A stretch of 63,058 nucleotides of DNA, filler included, from Bonamia ostreae (Eukaryota): NCBI GenBank assembly GCA_040357525.1. It is 55 parts of 55 records of this genome, joined end to end, with 100 filler letters (N's around TTAATTAATTAA, not from the genome) between each part and the next. Parts side by side here need not be neighbours in the genome. Positions count along the whole stretch, not along the records: positions 40,278 to 41,323 come from JBDODL010002895.1; positions 41,424 to 42,469 come from JBDODL010002896.1; positions 42,570 to 43,615 come from JBDODL010002897.1; positions 43,716 to 44,760 come from JBDODL010002898.1; positions 44,861 to 45,905 come from JBDODL010002899.1; positions 46,006 to 47,050 come from JBDODL010002900.1; positions 47,151 to 48,194 come from JBDODL010002901.1; positions 48,295 to 49,338 come from JBDODL010002902.1; 47 more parts are not named here. One strand, written 5' to 3'. The position numbers and the translations under genes were made by a program. The first letter of the stretch is position 1; each line of letters begins with the position of its first letter. The notes under the pieces are model-generated. The model made no database searches. It was not told the DNA's origin and was given only the letters and a program-made list of their open reading frames with translations. Shown piece by piece: positions 40,466-54,267 of this stretch.

Positions 40466-41323
40466 TCAACGATGCATCGTCTTTTGCCACGGGATTTCAA
40501 CTCTGTATCCCGTCGGAAGATGCTCATCCCATTCTCTCTTGACCTCCATCCCGTTTTCCGGAAATCGGAACACGCCATTTCCCTTCGGCCAACCGCGCGA
40601 AAACAGCCCTTCGTAACAAGCGCCGTCACCAAAGACATATTTTCCTTTTCCTTCGGCCAAGTTGTTGGCCCATTCGCCTTCATATCGAGATTCGTTCGAA
40701 AAAGTGTACACGCCGTAGCCGTTTCGGCAATCGTCCCGCCATTCTCCGTCATAAGACGAGTCTTTTATGACGAGGACGCCTTTCCCGCTTTTCCGCCCTG
40801 ATTTCCAATCGCCTTTGTATTCCCATCCTTCTTTGTCGACGTAGACGCCATATCCTTCTTTCCGGCCGTCCTCGAAATCGCCTTTGTAGCTTTCTCCGTC
40901 CGGTCCTTTGTATTCCCCTTTTCCGTGTTCCAGGCCGTTCTTTGTTGTCAAAATTTTGTGTTGGGATATGTTGCAACAATGAAAGATGGAACTAAAATTT
41001 TGGGTCGGAACGAGCTATTTGCAACAATGACTTTGAGCAATAAAAACGGCCCAATCGCCAACATAGAGATTGCCTTCCCAGTCGGAAAATTTTCCGAACC
41101 CGTTTTTGTCGCCGTCGCGCCACTCTCCGTCGTAGAGAGAGCCGTCTTGGTGAGAGAGAATGCCGTTTCCGTGGCGTTTGTCATTTTTCCAGGCGCCTTC
41201 GTAGCGTTCGTTTTCTCTTTTTTCTTTACCGAAACCAGATTTTTCGCCTTTTTCGAAGGAGCCGATGTATTTGTATTCTTTCGTTCTTTTGTTGCAAAGC
41301 AATTTGGGAAATTTTCAAAAAAT
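40466..41323 (-). CDS. MORN-repeat protein, 5' partial; intron 40940-41047
   Basis: Many Y.G.W..D.R.G.G repeats; YVGDWA^NGLEHGKG is restored by a 108-nt intron. Confidence 0.92.
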
Positions 41324-44300
41324 NNNNNNNNNNNNNNNNNNNNNNNNNNNNNNNNNNNNNNNNNNNNTTAATTAATTAANNNNNNNNNNNNNNNNNNNNN
41401 NNNNNNNNNNNNNNNNNNNNNNNCTTACTTCAGCGACATGTATCTGATGTCTTTAATTCTATACACCAATTGATTGATTTACCAGAATACCATACTCATG
41501 TCAGAGAAGAGGCCTACATGAGTAAAAGAAAGGACATCGACAAACACTTAGACTCCAGAAATAATGATTTAATGAAGAAAGACTGCGCAATTGTATTCGC
41601 AGGTAATTTCAGATCACTGTGTAGCAGCTATATGTATTAATCATAGTTTGCAACAACAAAAATGTATCTCTTTATGAAGTCCTAATATGTTTTGTAAAAT
41701 ATAACAACACTATGACTGAAGACACTAAATAATTCGACTGAGTTATTCTCTCTAAGCATCAAGATAGATGGGACAGCGGATTTTGACGACATTTTACACG
41801 AATTATGCATACTTCAGTATTTTGATTATGACACCTTTGAAATGTGAGTTGACGTGTGTTTCTATTACAACAAGAAATCCGATTTTGTGCAAAGATTTGA
41901 TCCTCAGTAAATGTTAAAATTTCAAAATGAGTATATTAATTTTTCATTCAATTTCCTGTTCCTGTTTTACTAAGATATGTTGTGTGTAATTTTTTAAAGA
42001 TAAAATGCATTTGCTGGAACTTCTGAATACGAATTACATGTCCTTAAATACCAAAATATCTACTGAAAATTAGATTTTTTTTTTCATTTTGTGCAGAAAA
42101 ACAAACACTGGAGTAGTGCTCCTATATGATTAAATGTATAGTATATCTACTGGAATAACATTTTTAAAAAATAGAGATGTCTCATTTCATTTAAGAAAAT
42201 AAATTATAAGTTGATGCTACTACGAAAATTATGCGAGTTTTCCCGAAAACACGATCACATCAACTCTTGACTGCAATTCGTACTCCAAGTATATTCATGA
42301 TTAAGTCAAGTGTCGTCCCTTCTGTAAAGTGAAAGAAGAAATTTATGAAGGATGTCTTGGATACTTTAAGCTTGTTTAACTATTTAAATCAACTAATCTT
42401 TTTCATTTCATATTCAAATGTTCATCGGAGATCAGTATGTATTTGATGGCTAGTTTTCAATGATGGCGTNNNNNNNNNNNNNNNNNNNNNNNNNNNNNNN
42501 NNNNNNNNNNNNNTTAATTAATTAANNNNNNNNNNNNNNNNNNNNNNNNNNNNNNNNNNNNNNNNNNNNTAAAATATTTATTTTTCGTTAGTTGCAATGT
42601 TGTATTCTGAAGTGGTGCATATCAAAATTTCATTTCTTTGAAAGAAATAGATGTCCAAAGCTTACAGAGTATACATGTATCAACAATGAATAAAAGTACT
42701 TTTCACTTTCGGTTTCAAATACACAGTATGAAGTAAAAAACTGTACTCCATTATTCAAGTAACCAATATCTACTTTGTTTGCGTTGTGATAATGTAGCAT
42801 TAGAAGCTTGTAATAAGTGTAAGGGTTTGAAAATCTGCCCTTTATCTTCTCTTTTGATATTTCAAGCATTCGATCTTGTTTTAAAAACAAACACAGTTTG
42901 GGTTACCTCCCTGGTTACTTCACAAGATACACTATATTGCATAATGCATGTAATGATGCTAAACTTTAGCGATCTTAAATCCTGGCAATAGCCTAGAGAG
43001 AAAAAATGGACGAACTCAATTGCGAGAAGAAAAAAGGGAAATAATACAAAGACTTAAAAGGAAAAATACTATTTACTTTTTATGACGGACTCATTAACAT
43101 ACATGTGTATGAACATGTGTATGAGTGTTGTGTACGCTACCAAATACAAAAGCAATCAGATCAATATTTTATTAGCATTTGATTCTCCTGGAATCTATAA
43201 GATTACTGTATAAGAAAAATGAGGTCTAGAATACGAACTATATGTGATGCTTTTTTGCTTTACCTTTACCCTCTGATTTCTTAATATGGTCATTGTTTGC
43301 AGATATTGCGAGAGACATTTGATTTAATATACAAACTGTCATAATTGGGATAAGATTAGGATAATAAATTCATGAGTAATCCTCTTTAAGAACAAGTTCG
43401 TTTTCAACGAATCAGGAAACACATCTGCTATCAGTTTTGAAGCAATCTTGGAGGAACTTTGTAATTATCTTGTATTAAAAGACTTCAACGTATGTGTTTA
43501 ACTATGGTTTTCTACAAATGTAATTTTACAACTATTTATTCTAATTCATGTACCTTATTCTTCATACATGCATACAGATATTCTACAAGGAATCAATATT
43601 TTTGTTCTTTCCAACNNNNNNNNNNNNNNNNNNNNNNNNNNNNNNNNNNNNNNNNNNNNTTAATTAATTAANNNNNNNNNNNNNNNNNNNNNNNNNNNNN
43701 NNNNNNNNNNNNNNNAGTCAGCCGTTGACTGTGAAAGTCAGCTTTTCTCGTAAAAGTCTACTATACGGTGCAAAAAGTTCCTCGTACAAATTCCAGCGAC
43801 TCTCCTATTTTGTACACTAAGGTCGCCATTTGCTGAAACCCTTTACGGTAACGACAGCAAGCAGTTACATTGTAAATGTCTTTAAAATGTACATAACGAA
43901 TGGTGGAAATAACGAAACCATTTTTTTTTTATTGTTTTCGAAATCATTTGAACCTGTGTGTTTTCAGTTTGCATTGAACTTTAATGGCATATGAGACGTT
44001 GTATCGTCATCGAAAGAGTGATGTAAAATCATGAATATGCTAAGTACATGTAAATGTTTTGTGTGGGTTTTTTTTTTTCATTTGAAANNNNNNNNNNCAT
44101 TATATAAATATTTAATTACCACGAAAACGTCAGACGTTCTATTTTTTAAGATAAAATATCTATAAAAATTATATAAGTTATTTGTTAATGTATTTTATAT
44201 ATCTACGGCTAAAATCGTTTAAGAAACATGTCAATCGGAGGAAAATATGAAGTATGCAAACATATTTCAAACGGATATTGAAATTTGCAGAAATATTGCT

Positions 44301-44447
44301 ATTTTCAAAAATTTGAACCAATTGAAATAAATGACTCTATCGTTGATGAAATCATGCTCCATATAAGATACAACATTTTGGTGCAGCGATCCACCCTAAT
44401 AGGCTGACGGGCTATGTTTAGGAATTCTTGTCACTTTTCACACCTGG

Positions 44448-44700
44448 TTAAACCGACACCTACATTTATTTAAATCGGCACCTACAACATGTAGTTAAAC
44501 AGACACCTACATGTAGTTAAACCGACACCTACATTTATTTAAATCCGCACCTATATTTAGTTAAACCGACACCTACATGTAGTTGAACCAACACCTACAT
44601 GGAGTTAAATCGGTACCTACATGGAGTTAAACCGATTTAGTTAAATCCGCACCTACAAGTAGTTAAATCCGCACCTACAAGTAGTTAAATCCGCACCTAC
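44448..44700. repeat. ~22-bp tandem minisatellite (host)
   Basis: About 11 copies of agttaaa(c/t)c(g/c)(a/g)cacctaca(t/a)gt. Confidence 0.9.
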
Positions 44701-44937
44701 TTGTACATGTAGGTCATGTGCGACTTTCAGCGAGAAGGTTTGAAAACAGATGTTAGCCATNNNNNNNNNNNNNNNNNNNNNNNNNNNNNNNNNNNNNNNN
44801 NNNNTTAATTAATTAANNNNNNNNNNNNNNNNNNNNNNNNNNNNNNNNNNNNNNNNNNNNAAAATATGAAAACGAAATTTGAGATTAAAGCTTACAATTA
44901 TACAGACTTCCCATATATATCTAAAGCTCGCCAAAAA

Positions 44938-45580
44938 ATGACATTGAAAAACTACTTAAAACCAGCCAAAGTTCATCGAGAGCGAGCACAGCCAAAACAT
45001 CGAAGAAATTTTGGATTTTTAGAGAAAAAGAAAGATTACAAAAAGAGAGCGAAAAATCACAATTTCAAGAAAGACCATTTGGCGTTGTTGCAGCGGAAAG
45101 CGGAAAACAGGAATCCAGACGAATTCTATTTTTCGATGGTGAAAAGCACTTTCAGCAAAAGCGGTCACATTAGAAACAAAAAATTATTGGAACCGAAAGA
45201 GGTTTTGGCGATGGTCGAAGAGGATATAAAATATTTGGAGTTCCATCTCAATATCGAAAACAATGTTTAAAATTTGCTTTTTTATTTCAAAATTTTCTTT
45301 TCCGATAAAAATTCAAATTCAGAAAATCGAAAAACTGCAAAACGAAAATGCCGTTTTCAGATTTGACGATTCTCCAAATAATAAAGTCGATCAAAGCGAA
45401 AACAAAAAGTCTTTTTTGCAACAGAAAATGGAAAAAAGGAACAAAATCCAAAAATTGCTCAAAAAATTAAAACTGAAGCGCTGTGCAATGGTTTTCAACC
45501 ACAAAATTTAGCTTCCGGGAAGAAAACAGAAAGTCGGAGACGGCAAAAGATTTTGCTTTGACAAAATTAGAAATAAATAA
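44938..45580 (+). CDS. UTP11: U3 snoRNP-associated protein Utp11; introns 45265-45322 and 45491-45511
   Basis: HRERAQP..R..FGFLEKKKDY..RA...KAENRNPDEFYFSM; spliced C-terminus ...RFCFDKIRNK*. Confidence 0.92.
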
Positions 45581-45591
45581 ATTTTGATTTT

Positions 45592-45905
45592 TTAAAGAGA
45601 TTTAATCAACTCTTCAATTGTCAAGAAGAAGTCCTTTCCTCTTTTTAGCCTCATTTGGCGATTTTCAAATCTAATTCTCAGTTCTCCGTCTATTTTCAAT
45701 ATTTTTGCAATTTAATTTTCGATAAAATAATGGAAACTTTGTGAATTGACTTCGTTGGCCAAATTTGAGAATCTTTTTGTCGATGCGAATTTTAACGCGT
45801 TTTCTTTGTCGACGTCTTTTTCTTTTGATTGCAAAAAATTGTTCGAAAAGATTATTGTTGGGCGAGATATTAATAATTTTAGTTTGTTTCCTTCGATCTT
45901 TTTTC
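45592..45905 (-). CDS. Hypothetical protein 3' end, convergent with UTP11; intron 45690-45737
   Basis: Open frame ...NLANEVNSQ^NGELRIRFENRQMRLKRGKDFFLTIEELIKSL*. Confidence 0.55.
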
Positions 45906-48900
45906 NNNNNNNNNNNNNNNNNNNNNNNNNNNNNNNNNNNNNNNNNNNNTTAATTAATTAANNNNNNNNNNNNNNNNNNNNNNNNNNNNNNNNNNNNNNN
46001 NNNNNATAACAGAAACTTATATGAAATAGATGTTATTGAAAAGATTTAATTTCGTTTCCTTTAAAACATTCACTGTTCCCAGTTCTGTACATGAGCCCGG
46101 TTTTCCGTATATGTACTTTCAGTACTTTGACTTTTTTATCTAGATGAGACTCAGTAAATGTCTGAGAATAAATTGAGTGACTATTTTTAAAACTTGTCTT
46201 TTGTTTTTGGATTATTTAGATGGAGATAAAGGCCAACGTTTTTTAAGTTACTCCCCTTACACCGGAGGTTGGGGAACGTGCTTACCATTGTAGTCCTAAT
46301 CTTTACATAAATAGTATCAACAAGAATGTATGATAATGTTTACGCTACCAAATCCTTTATTATGTGGAGTTTTAACAGTTTATAGCATATCTATGATAAA
46401 TATATTGTTTAGTTTTTCTTCAATTTTATGAAGAATCCTTTTTAGAAGTGCATTTTGTCAAATTGTAGGGTTAAGGAACGAGGGTACAGCCGTATTCAAT
46501 ATCTATTTCTGTGCAAGTTATGATACAATTAATATAGAGAAATTCAGAATAAATCTGTTTTAAAACACCAGACACCTGGAAATAAAAGTCACGATGAAAG
46601 TATGTGATACAATCAGGCAGGAAGCACCGTATTAGCTGTAAACTCTTGACAATCAAAATATAACAAATCCTATATCGTGGGGGAGGAGGGCAAAGGTTTA
46701 TCCTTCAGTTTAATTCATCGGTTGAATAGATGTATAGGAAAAATCATTCAAAATATGACATTCTTTCTAACAGTGAGATGGTGAATTGCTAAAATACTCA
46801 TTTAGCATTGATCAAGTTCGTCTTCACCATGTATTATAGGCCAAGATAGGATCATGTATTAAGAATGTGTGCCAAACATATTCGTGAATATACATGCCAA
46901 ACAATAATCTTTATTTCAAATACATTAGAAAGATAGATTGTTTGGGATTTTACACCGTTTTTTCAATACTTCAGCCATAGAACAGTATACAGTAATTTAA
47001 AAGCATTCTCACATACACAGGTAACATGTTTGATAATAGCTTCGTATAGTNNNNNNNNNNNNNNNNNNNNNNNNNNNNNNNNNNNNNNNNNNNNTTAATT
47101 AATTAANNNNNNNNNNNNNNNNNNNNNNNNNNNNNNNNNNNNNNNNNNNNGAAAATTTTGCTTTTCAATTTGTATTTGTAAGATATTTGATGAAATAAAC
47201 AAATCACTGTAATGCTCAAATAATTATGATTATTGTCTGTTGATAACTTTATATTTAACTATGCAAATCAACTCTTTTAATGACCTTCTATAAACCATTC
47301 GAAATTAAATTCTTTGACTACCAGAATAATATATCCTTCAGAGTCGTTTGCGAATATTTTGCCTATATCATATATTTCAAATGGTACAGGAAACATTTCG
47401 ATACCTTTGTTGGGAAGTGTCTTTCTGAAAATTCAATTATTCAATCAGCAAACTTTATTCACCGATGGTGTACATCAAAAGGTGACATTATTTTTTTTTT
47501 TATTGCAAATAACTGTTACATCACTGTTCGTAATCTTCACTTTGCATCGAAACTTTATGTTTTAAATTAAGAAATTTCTTTTGCATTCACTTTACACACA
47601 AGGTCTGACTGGGTAACTAATTGAACACAAAAATATGTGCTAAATATTAAAAACTGCCTTGCTAAATTAACGTTTTAATTACTCTGCTGAATTTTGGATT
47701 TTTTCTTGGCCAATAATTCTGACCGCCATACTCTGAGACTCGGACGATAACCGTCGGTAATGTTGATATAAAAGTTACAATAAAATACACATATTACTGC
47801 AGTCTGCAAATACAACATGGACACAATATGAAGTTAATGTGAACCTATTAATAGTCATTATTATCATTGAGTGTGAGATTCATAGAAATCATATGGCTTG
47901 TTTCTCACTCTATTAAAATGCACTGTATGTAAACATTAACATCAACTGATTTCTTGATAGAAATATTGTTTAAACTATTATTAACCATACAATTTCCACC
48001 AAACTCTCGCTTCATGATGCTATTGAAGGACACATCAACCTTAACACAAACCTACTCCAACGGTATTTCATCTTGCTTGTGAGGTGTTAGCGCTACTCTG
48101 TATCTTTTGATTTCATAACAATAATACGTACATGCACTGTAATGGTATCTAGTAAAGTTTAAGTAAAGTACAATCATTGATTGTAGGAGTTATGNNNNNN
48201 NNNNNNNNNNNNNNNNNNNNNNNNNNNNNNNNNNNNNNTTAATTAATTAANNNNNNNNNNNNNNNNNNNNNNNNNNNNNNNNNNNNNNNNNNNNAGACAA
48301 GGAAGGGGTATTGGGGACCTATTCCAAGTTGGGCTCCCACGGACGTACAGAGCTTGTAATGATTTGTTGAATGTATTATTGTACTGACTTTAATGAAAGT
48401 TTACTTTACTTTTTACTGTTTTGCGTTTAAATCTAAGCATAGCGAAAGTAAACTCTAAGAATTAAGCCAGCTCTAAATTGTCTTCTTCAGTGAGGAGTGA
48501 TTGTTACACAGACATTACTAAAAAGGAGCTCAGAAATTCTAGTAACACAATAAGTCATATCAATGAAAAATCAAATCGTAACAATTACAGTTGTAATAAA
48601 TGAATAAATCAAAGTTATGGTCACGAAAAGGTGAATAAAACGAACTGTGACAAGTTTCAAACTCCTATACAGAATACAAAATTAAGAGTAATGCAAACAC
48701 GTACCTATGAATATATCAGAAGTGAGATCAGACACCTAGGAAGGAGTAAGCATTTCCTGTCAAGTGGTCACAACCGTTGTGAGTCTTATATTTCCATCGG
48801 GTAAATGAAGGAATCCGTAGCCAAACCAATGAGTAAAGAACGGTTACATTTGGTGTGAAACACGTCAGTCAGCATTTTACTCGATGATTGGTCATTTATA

Positions 48901-51900
48901 GTCATGATATTTCTCGATTCGTTTTAACAGAAATCGGTTTAAAGATCAATTCTCAATTTCAATTGAAGCAACAAAAATATTTTGAGATTTAAAACCTTAT
49001 TTAAGAATTATATGTCTTACAGTAATTTTTCTTAGCTAGAGCATCCACAGGGAAAATAATATGTTTTACGTATTCCCATCAATCAAATGCAGAAATCATG
49101 TAATATAGTTTCCATTTGAGATTCTGTCTACGTAATAAGCAACAATAGCCTCCCAACACCACCACGAATCTAAATGTTGTCATCTGAGAACATGAGAACC
49201 AGTTTTATGCAAGAATAAACTTGTAGAACACTGTCTATAAATCTTTTTTACCTTTCAGCATCTAAGCTAGAGAACTTCCTACTTCTTGCGGACAGCAATG
49301 AAGGTGCTATCTATAAACTAAATTTAACAACACTAAGGNNNNNNNNNNNNNNNNNNNNNNNNNNNNNNNNNNNNNNNNNNNNTTAATTAATTAANNNNNN
49401 NNNNNNNNNNNNNNNNNNNNNNNNNNNNNNNNNNNNNNTGTACTAATTCTGCTATCTTGTCTAAATAAAAAAATATTTATTGTTATTTTATTATTATTAT
49501 TATTATTAATGCCAATTATAAAACATTAAGATAGATATCTTAAACTTAGCATAGCTTTTTACAATTTTGTTTTCAATTTGTGTCTTCCGTTTTGTATAAA
49601 TTTACAAAGATCCTGAATCAACAGCGCATAATCAGCTGAAATTCATTCCTTTACTTTTTGTGTGTGCGTTGTTTCTGTTTGTTTGCTTTTCCCCTTTTTA
49701 TTGCTGTTTTATGCCCTTCAATACGGAAGGATGTCTCGTCTATCTACATTTGCCACAGGTAAAAACAACAACATAAAAACAAAGACGGACCAATGCGGGA
49801 AAAAGCTCTTATGATGAACTTACGTCCTATGTTTAGCTTGAAATCGATTTGTGTTAATGTATTTATGTACAGTCACTGACATTTGCGAACAGCGCATTAT
49901 TTGATACAGATACAGAAAAAAAAATGCTTGTGTGGTTCATGTTAAAATATATCCGACAGCAGGGGAAAACATACAATTTTAATAGTGTAGCCTTTGCATT
50001 TATTTGTTGCAGCATCACGATATCAGGTTATACCATTCAAGGTTTCATGTCTCACTCCTTGAATTAAGAGGATCATAATTCTTTTTTTTAAATCCTAAAT
50101 TTGTCACCCCCAAAACAAATTACAGATTAATAATACAATGTATATAAATGAACTCTTTATGAAAACCAATCCATCTTTAAAAACTCAAACACATATGCAT
50201 GAATCTGTAAATGATAGACCGAACGTACAGCTGGAATAAATATTTCTCGCGGTAGGGTATGAAGAAAACAAAACAATGTAATTTGTGATATAAAGCTTGT
50301 TATAAAATAATATGAAATCCACAGAAGAAATACACACACCTACAACTTCTCTTATCATATCGTGGTATTTTGAATCATTATTCACAATGATATATAAAAT
50401 GTTTACTCGTCGCACGCGCCTAGTTCCACCGTCTGTATGTCCAGAGTCTCATGTTTAACCTTCTCTTAGTTTTGTATTTTTTNNNNNNNNNNNNNNNNNN
50501 NNNNNNNNNNNNNNNNNNNNNNNNNNTTAATTAATTAANNNNNNNNNNNNNNNNNNNNNNNNNNNNNNNNNNNNNNNNNNNNAAAATAAAAGAAAAACTC
50601 CACTAAAAATTGTTGTTGTTTTTTCACACTGTTAATATGGAACCAAAGTGCCTTTTTGGCAGCATGTTGGTATTTAAGAAGATCACAAGAATTTCTTTTT
50701 CTGGTTATCATAAAACTCGTTTGATTGGATTTTGTATTGAAACATCCTGTATTAATTCAATGTAATCAAAATTGAAAATCGAAATTGATCTCACCCCTTG
50801 GCAATTATACTAATTTTCTGGGACTAATATTTTTTTTTTTTTCTGCATGAAGTGGAACAAAATTGATCATATATCAGAAAGTTTTTAGACGTTTTGTTTT
50901 TAGACGTTTCATGAAATGCTTGATGCTGGATAATTTTGACAATTGAATATCTGGAGTAGCAGAACATTAGTATATCGGGAATCAGTGTTCTCTCTGCAAC
51001 TGTTATACCATACAAGTATCCTTGATTGGTTCCGTTTAAACTACACTAGTATTCAACAGTACTATGTTCTAATCTTATCTTATTTAACTTTAGCGAAAAT
51101 AGTAGCCTTTCTAATATATCATACATTTTATTAGATATTGCTGTATGAACGTGAAATGTATCAGCTAAATGTAAATTGTCTCTCCACAGTATCACATGAT
51201 TTACGAAAACATATAATAGTACGAACATATAAAAAATATAAACGAATATTAGTGGTTACTCACGCCTCCTCGCTTTGTTCGTGTTATACGGTTGCTTATC
51301 ATGTTTGTATTCAATGCATTTGCATTAAACGAATGAATCGTCAGTGTGCATATAGTTTGCACAAGAATAAGAGTTCCGCTGACCCCTGACACTGCCAAAC
51401 GATCTGACTCCAAAGCAATGTTTCTGGCTAGCGCCTTCATCAGAGGGTATATGCAGCTGTGAAATAGATAATTATACTATTATATATATATATATTATTC
51501 GCATGGTACTACATTACATCACAGTTCACTGATATATACGTCTACTAGATAAAGGACGTTCCTCGTGTTATGGTTAAGTGATATTCAAGATTAGAATTTA
51601 GATAGCTATTGACTAAAATTATTTCANNNNNNNNNNNNNNNNNNNNNNNNNNNNNNNNNNNNNNNNNNNNTTAATTAATTAANNNNNNNNNNNNNNNNNN
51701 NNNNNNNNNNNNNNNNNNNNNNNNNNTCACAAATTGTGACATCCCCGTTTCGCTACTGCGGTACACGAAATAGAGTATTGATTCGTTCATTAACAACGGA
51801 GGATTTCCTTACACACATTATATATATTTTGTGTGAAAAAGTTTTCTCGAAAAAGCGTCCTAGTCATGTGAATTTTAAAAAGCGAAAGTAATTAGCATTT

Positions 51901-53022
51901 TGAATTCATCAGGTCACCACTATTCGGTGTTTGAAGTGCGTAATGAATCTCGTGATCTGCGATAATTGGACAGCGATGTCAAAATCTGGGGGGGGGGGGG
52001 GGTTATTTTAAATGTATGTCATCAAATAAACCTTTGTCGTCCTTCAATGATAAGGTAGCAATTATCCTCAATTGGGATGGTCTATAAATAGAGATGATAG
52101 AAGATAGGACTTTTGCACATCAACTACAGTAACTACTAGTGTACTACTTGAGAAAGATGTCAATGAATTTCAAGTGTTAAAAAAGAACCCTTTTAAGCAT
52201 TTCGAGAGTATCAGTACTTTCTTTTAGGATGTTAGCATTTGTCTTCTAATCATATTCCATATGCGTTCAGTAGAAAAAAAGCATGCATACAAGTTGCATG
52301 CATTTTAAAATCACCAAGTTGTATATACAATGAATGAATGAGAAATACAAATTTGAAAGATATTTCAAATAAACTCAATGGTCCATATATATTACATATT
52401 TTCTTTTCCTTTTTTGTGTCTTTTATTTACTGCAAAAAAATGAAACATCTGTAAAAAAAAAATAAAATAATAAAATCAAATTTACCTTTTCAGGAATACC
52501 ATTTTCACTGCACTTAGCGTTGTGAACATTTCATTTATATCGATAGGTCTACAGTCTTTTCTATAACTTTCCAGAACGCTTTTCACTCCACATAAAGCAT
52601 GTTCCGAGACATACCATTGCGCAAGGGTTCACTACCGGGAATCGACAAGGCTTTTCTTTAACTCTTTTCATGCTACCTAAAGTTATTGACATACGCATTG
52701 ACAAGCGCAAACATTACAACAAATATGGACTATAAATAACGAATCCATACTTCACTACACTTTGTACCTANNNNNNNNNNNNNNNNNNNNNNNNNNNNNN
52801 NNNNNNNNNNNNNNTTAATTAATTAANNNNNNNNNNNNNNNNNNNNNNNNNNNNNNNNNNNNNNNNNNNNAAAGTTTTTGCTGTTCACAAAATTAAAATG
52901 GCAATAATTCACTATTTTCTTACAAATGTGAAATTTTAGTTAATACCAATTTGAACTTCTCATTGTTCATTAAAGTTTTCGAATATAATGTTATCGATAA
53001 TAAGCTCCGCCGTTCACCGAAA

Positions 53023-53535
53023 TTAAATGGCGAACAAAAAAATTGGATTGGACAGAATAAAAACACTGAAGGCAACTGCTCCTTCGGGCAAAACAGGGCC
53101 ATCCGCGAGCGGGTCCGGCTTAAAGCCAAGTCCCATCGTCGGATCCCGCCCTTCTTTTTCTTCGCCGGGCGCGAAAGCGCGCTCGATCTCAAATTTCTCG
53201 AGGGCTTGCGCCTCAACGAGAAAATGTCTGTTCGAGACGCCTTTGATCGCGTTTTCTCTCATTATCTTTTCGCGCTTCCGAAGAGCGCGTTTTTCCAGTT
53301 CAACGGCATCGACTGGATCGTTGTCGTTTGCCGCTCTGTTGTACCAATAGACATCTCTGTCTTTCTGCCAGCGGCCATACGGCGCCCGGACAGTGCTTCC
53401 CAGATAATAGGACCTTTCTCTCGTGGCTTTGACGTCTTGCCACGAGAACTGGTCTGTTCCGCCGCGGACGCCGGGGCGAACATCGTACGGCATTCCTGGG
53501 AGACCTTCCTGTGGTTTTTTGGAAGGATAGACCAT
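53023..53535 (-). CDS. MMTAG2: MMTAG2/C1orf35-family protein (3' end probably interrupted by an intron)
   Basis: RPGVRGGTDQFSWQDVK...YLGSTVRAPYGRWQKDRDVYWY matches the conserved N-terminal block. Confidence 0.85.
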   Translation of the reverse strand: MVYPSKKPQEGLPGMPYDVRPGVRGGTDQFSWQDVKATRERSYYLGSTVRAPYGRWQKDRDVYWYNRAANDNDPVDAVELEKRALRKREKIMRENAIKGVSNRHFLVEAQALEKFEIERAFAPGEEKEGRDPTMGLGFKPDPLADGPVLPEGAVAFSVFILSNPIFLFAI

Positions 53536-53594
53536 TTTAATATAGTTCGATAATGTTCGAGCTTAAATATATTTTTTTATTGTGTAAACGATAT
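53536..53594. promoter_or_regulatory. 59-bp bidirectional intergenic/promoter region
   Basis: Divergent ATGs at 53535 (-) and 53595 (+). Confidence 0.5.
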
Positions 53595-53906
53595 ATGGTA
53601 GAAAAGACGATAAGCTTTAAAAATTATGTGCCATCGAAGGAGAGTCTAAGAGAGGACGAAAATGGAAGCAAAGCGAAGACGGTTTTGAGTACAGAAACGG
53701 TTGAAATTCCGCAAAAAAATAAAATCGAAAACTTTGAGGATTTGTTCAGAACTGCGGAAGAAGAATCGGAAAACATAAGAATTGTTCCGAAAAAAGCGAA
53801 TTGGGATTTGAAAGAAGAACTTTTGGAACAATTTGAAGAATTGGAAAATAGATCTAATTTGATTCTCGAGGAACTTAGAGGTTTCGACATAATAGTCTGT
53901 TTGTAA
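53595..53906 (+). CDS. CCDC12: Cwf18/CCDC12 splicing factor (last codons probably intronic)
   Basis: ISFKNYVP.KE.L and IVPKKANWDLK...LENRS motifs. Confidence 0.8.
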   Translation: MVEKTISFKNYVPSKESLREDENGSKAKTVLSTETVEIPQKNKIENFEDLFRTAEEESENIRIVPKKANWDLKEELLEQFEELENRSNLILEELRGFDIIVCL

Positions 53907-54267
53907 TTTTCAATNNNNNNNNNNNNNNNNNNNNNNNNNNNNNNNNNNNNNNNNNNNNTTAATTAATTAANNNNNNNNNNNNNNNNNNNNNNNNNNNNNN
54001 NNNNNNNNNNNNNNTTTACGGGATTTTTTCGGATTTTTATTTTATTTTTTGTAAATTTTACAGATTTTTTTCGGATTTTTATTTTCGGATTTTCATTTTA
54101 TTTGTAAAAATTTTTCGTATTTTCATTTATTCGTAAAAATAAAAATATTTTATTCGGATTTTCATTTTGTTAATTTTTCGTAAATAATTTTTTCTAAAAT
54201 TTCTAAAAATTGTAAATTTCAAAATTTCGCAAAAATCGAAAAAACAATTAGGAAAAAACAAACAGAA

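Noticed and set aside
44448-44700. 22-bp repeat array as a possible CRISPR
   Set aside because: Head-to-tail units with no unique spacers, on a eukaryotic contig
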